Source: Anolis carolinensis
Taxonomy: Eukaryota
Length of the DNA stretch: 64,000 nt
Direction: 5' to 3'
Assembly: GCF_035594765.1 (NCBI RefSeq)
Contig: NC_085846.1
Location: forward strand, 42,457,190-42,521,189
Of the stretch, positions 63,040 through 64,000 are shown piece by piece (the first letter of the stretch is position 1; every line of letters starts with the position of its first letter). The notes under the pieces were generated by a model, which saw only the letters and a program-made list of their open reading frames with translations, ran no database searches and was not told the origin of the DNA. The position numbers and the translations under genes were made by a program.

Positions 63040-64000
63040 TATAAACCAAATAGTCAAACCAAAAGGAACAAAACAACAAAAGGAATTATTTCAGAAATAA
63101 TGAATATTCAAAACTCTAACATATGCTACAAATAAATTTACTTTAAAAAGACAAACTTAATAATAGGAATAAGAATAAACAACAAACACTACCAATAAAT
63201 ATATTTTTTAAAAACCAATACGTTCAATAACAAAAACAATTAACAAACAGTGTAAAATAGATACAAACAAGCCAAACAATTATAAAAACATATAACAAAT
63301 ACTACTACTACTAGTAAAAGTAAACCAATAAACAAGAATCAAAAACAAATACCAGGAAACGCAAGAGGAGGCAAATAGAGAGGCAAAGGACAGGCTGGGC
63401 AGCAATGAGGCAGAGGATGAGGGCAGAAGGAGGCAAGAGAAAGCACTGAGGAGGCTGAGAGGCAGCAACAGTCCAGTCGCCTGGGGAGACATTGTCACAT
63501 CAAGAGGGAGGCAGGGGAGGGGGGGAGGGGGGGATGGAGGGAAGGGGAGGCATTATGACATTGGAGGGGGGTCCTGGGGAGATAATGGTGGAAAAGGACA
63601 AGAATGGGGGGGGGGCATGCTGGGAGGCTTCTGAAGAGGGAGGCTGCCATCTTTGCCTTCCTCTGCATCTGAGAGTGGGATTTGCCCAGGGTCTTCCAAT
63701 GGTAGAATGTCACTTCCCAGACCTTTTTTAGTTTCCAAATTGATCGTTTACAACCAATTCAAGAAGCCCACAGCTGCATCCCAAGAAAAGATACAATTAA
63801 AGGTCCAAAATTCAAAATGTTCCATGTTGTTGGCTGAGAGAGTGGCACCTCTGCTTTCTCAGACTTCACAGACTATGTTTTTGGGGGTTTTCTTGGCCAG
63901 ATTTATTCTGAGGGCATTTGCATTTTCTTCCCTCTGGAGAGGAGAAAGTGTGACTTGTCCAAAGCCACCCCATGAGTTTCCATGTTTATAGCAATAATAA

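Noticed and set aside
63916-63923. ATTTGCAT near the window end as the next V promoter
   Set aside because: Lacks the shared flanking module, and any leader would fall outside the window

Overview
Vertebrate genomic DNA, almost certainly an anole lizard (Sauria SINEs, CR1/L2/L1/Penelope fragments and Anolis-type MITEs). It has three parts. (1) The 3' part of ANKRD17 on the + strand: 11 coding exons, 533-15059, including the KH domain and a GC-AG intron. (2) A complete six-exon COX18 gene (21907-32458, about 340 aa). Its CpG-island promoter and start codon lie inside a perfect 82-bp palindrome built from NRF1 and YY1 motifs. (3) Directly downstream, a kappa-type immunoglobulin light-chain V cluster with octamer promoters, leader exons and 12-bp-spacer RSSs: one decayed relic, two single-stop pseudogenes and one open V. 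The three readable V exons all carry Phe instead of the conserved FR2 Trp. Interleaved with the V segments are several copies of an unrecognised ~185-225 aa basic, Q/R/P-rich ORF family and a very young, internally degraded class I ERV (55684-61762) with near-identical 1.3-kb LTRs. Coordinates were read by eye; repeat boundaries are approximate.
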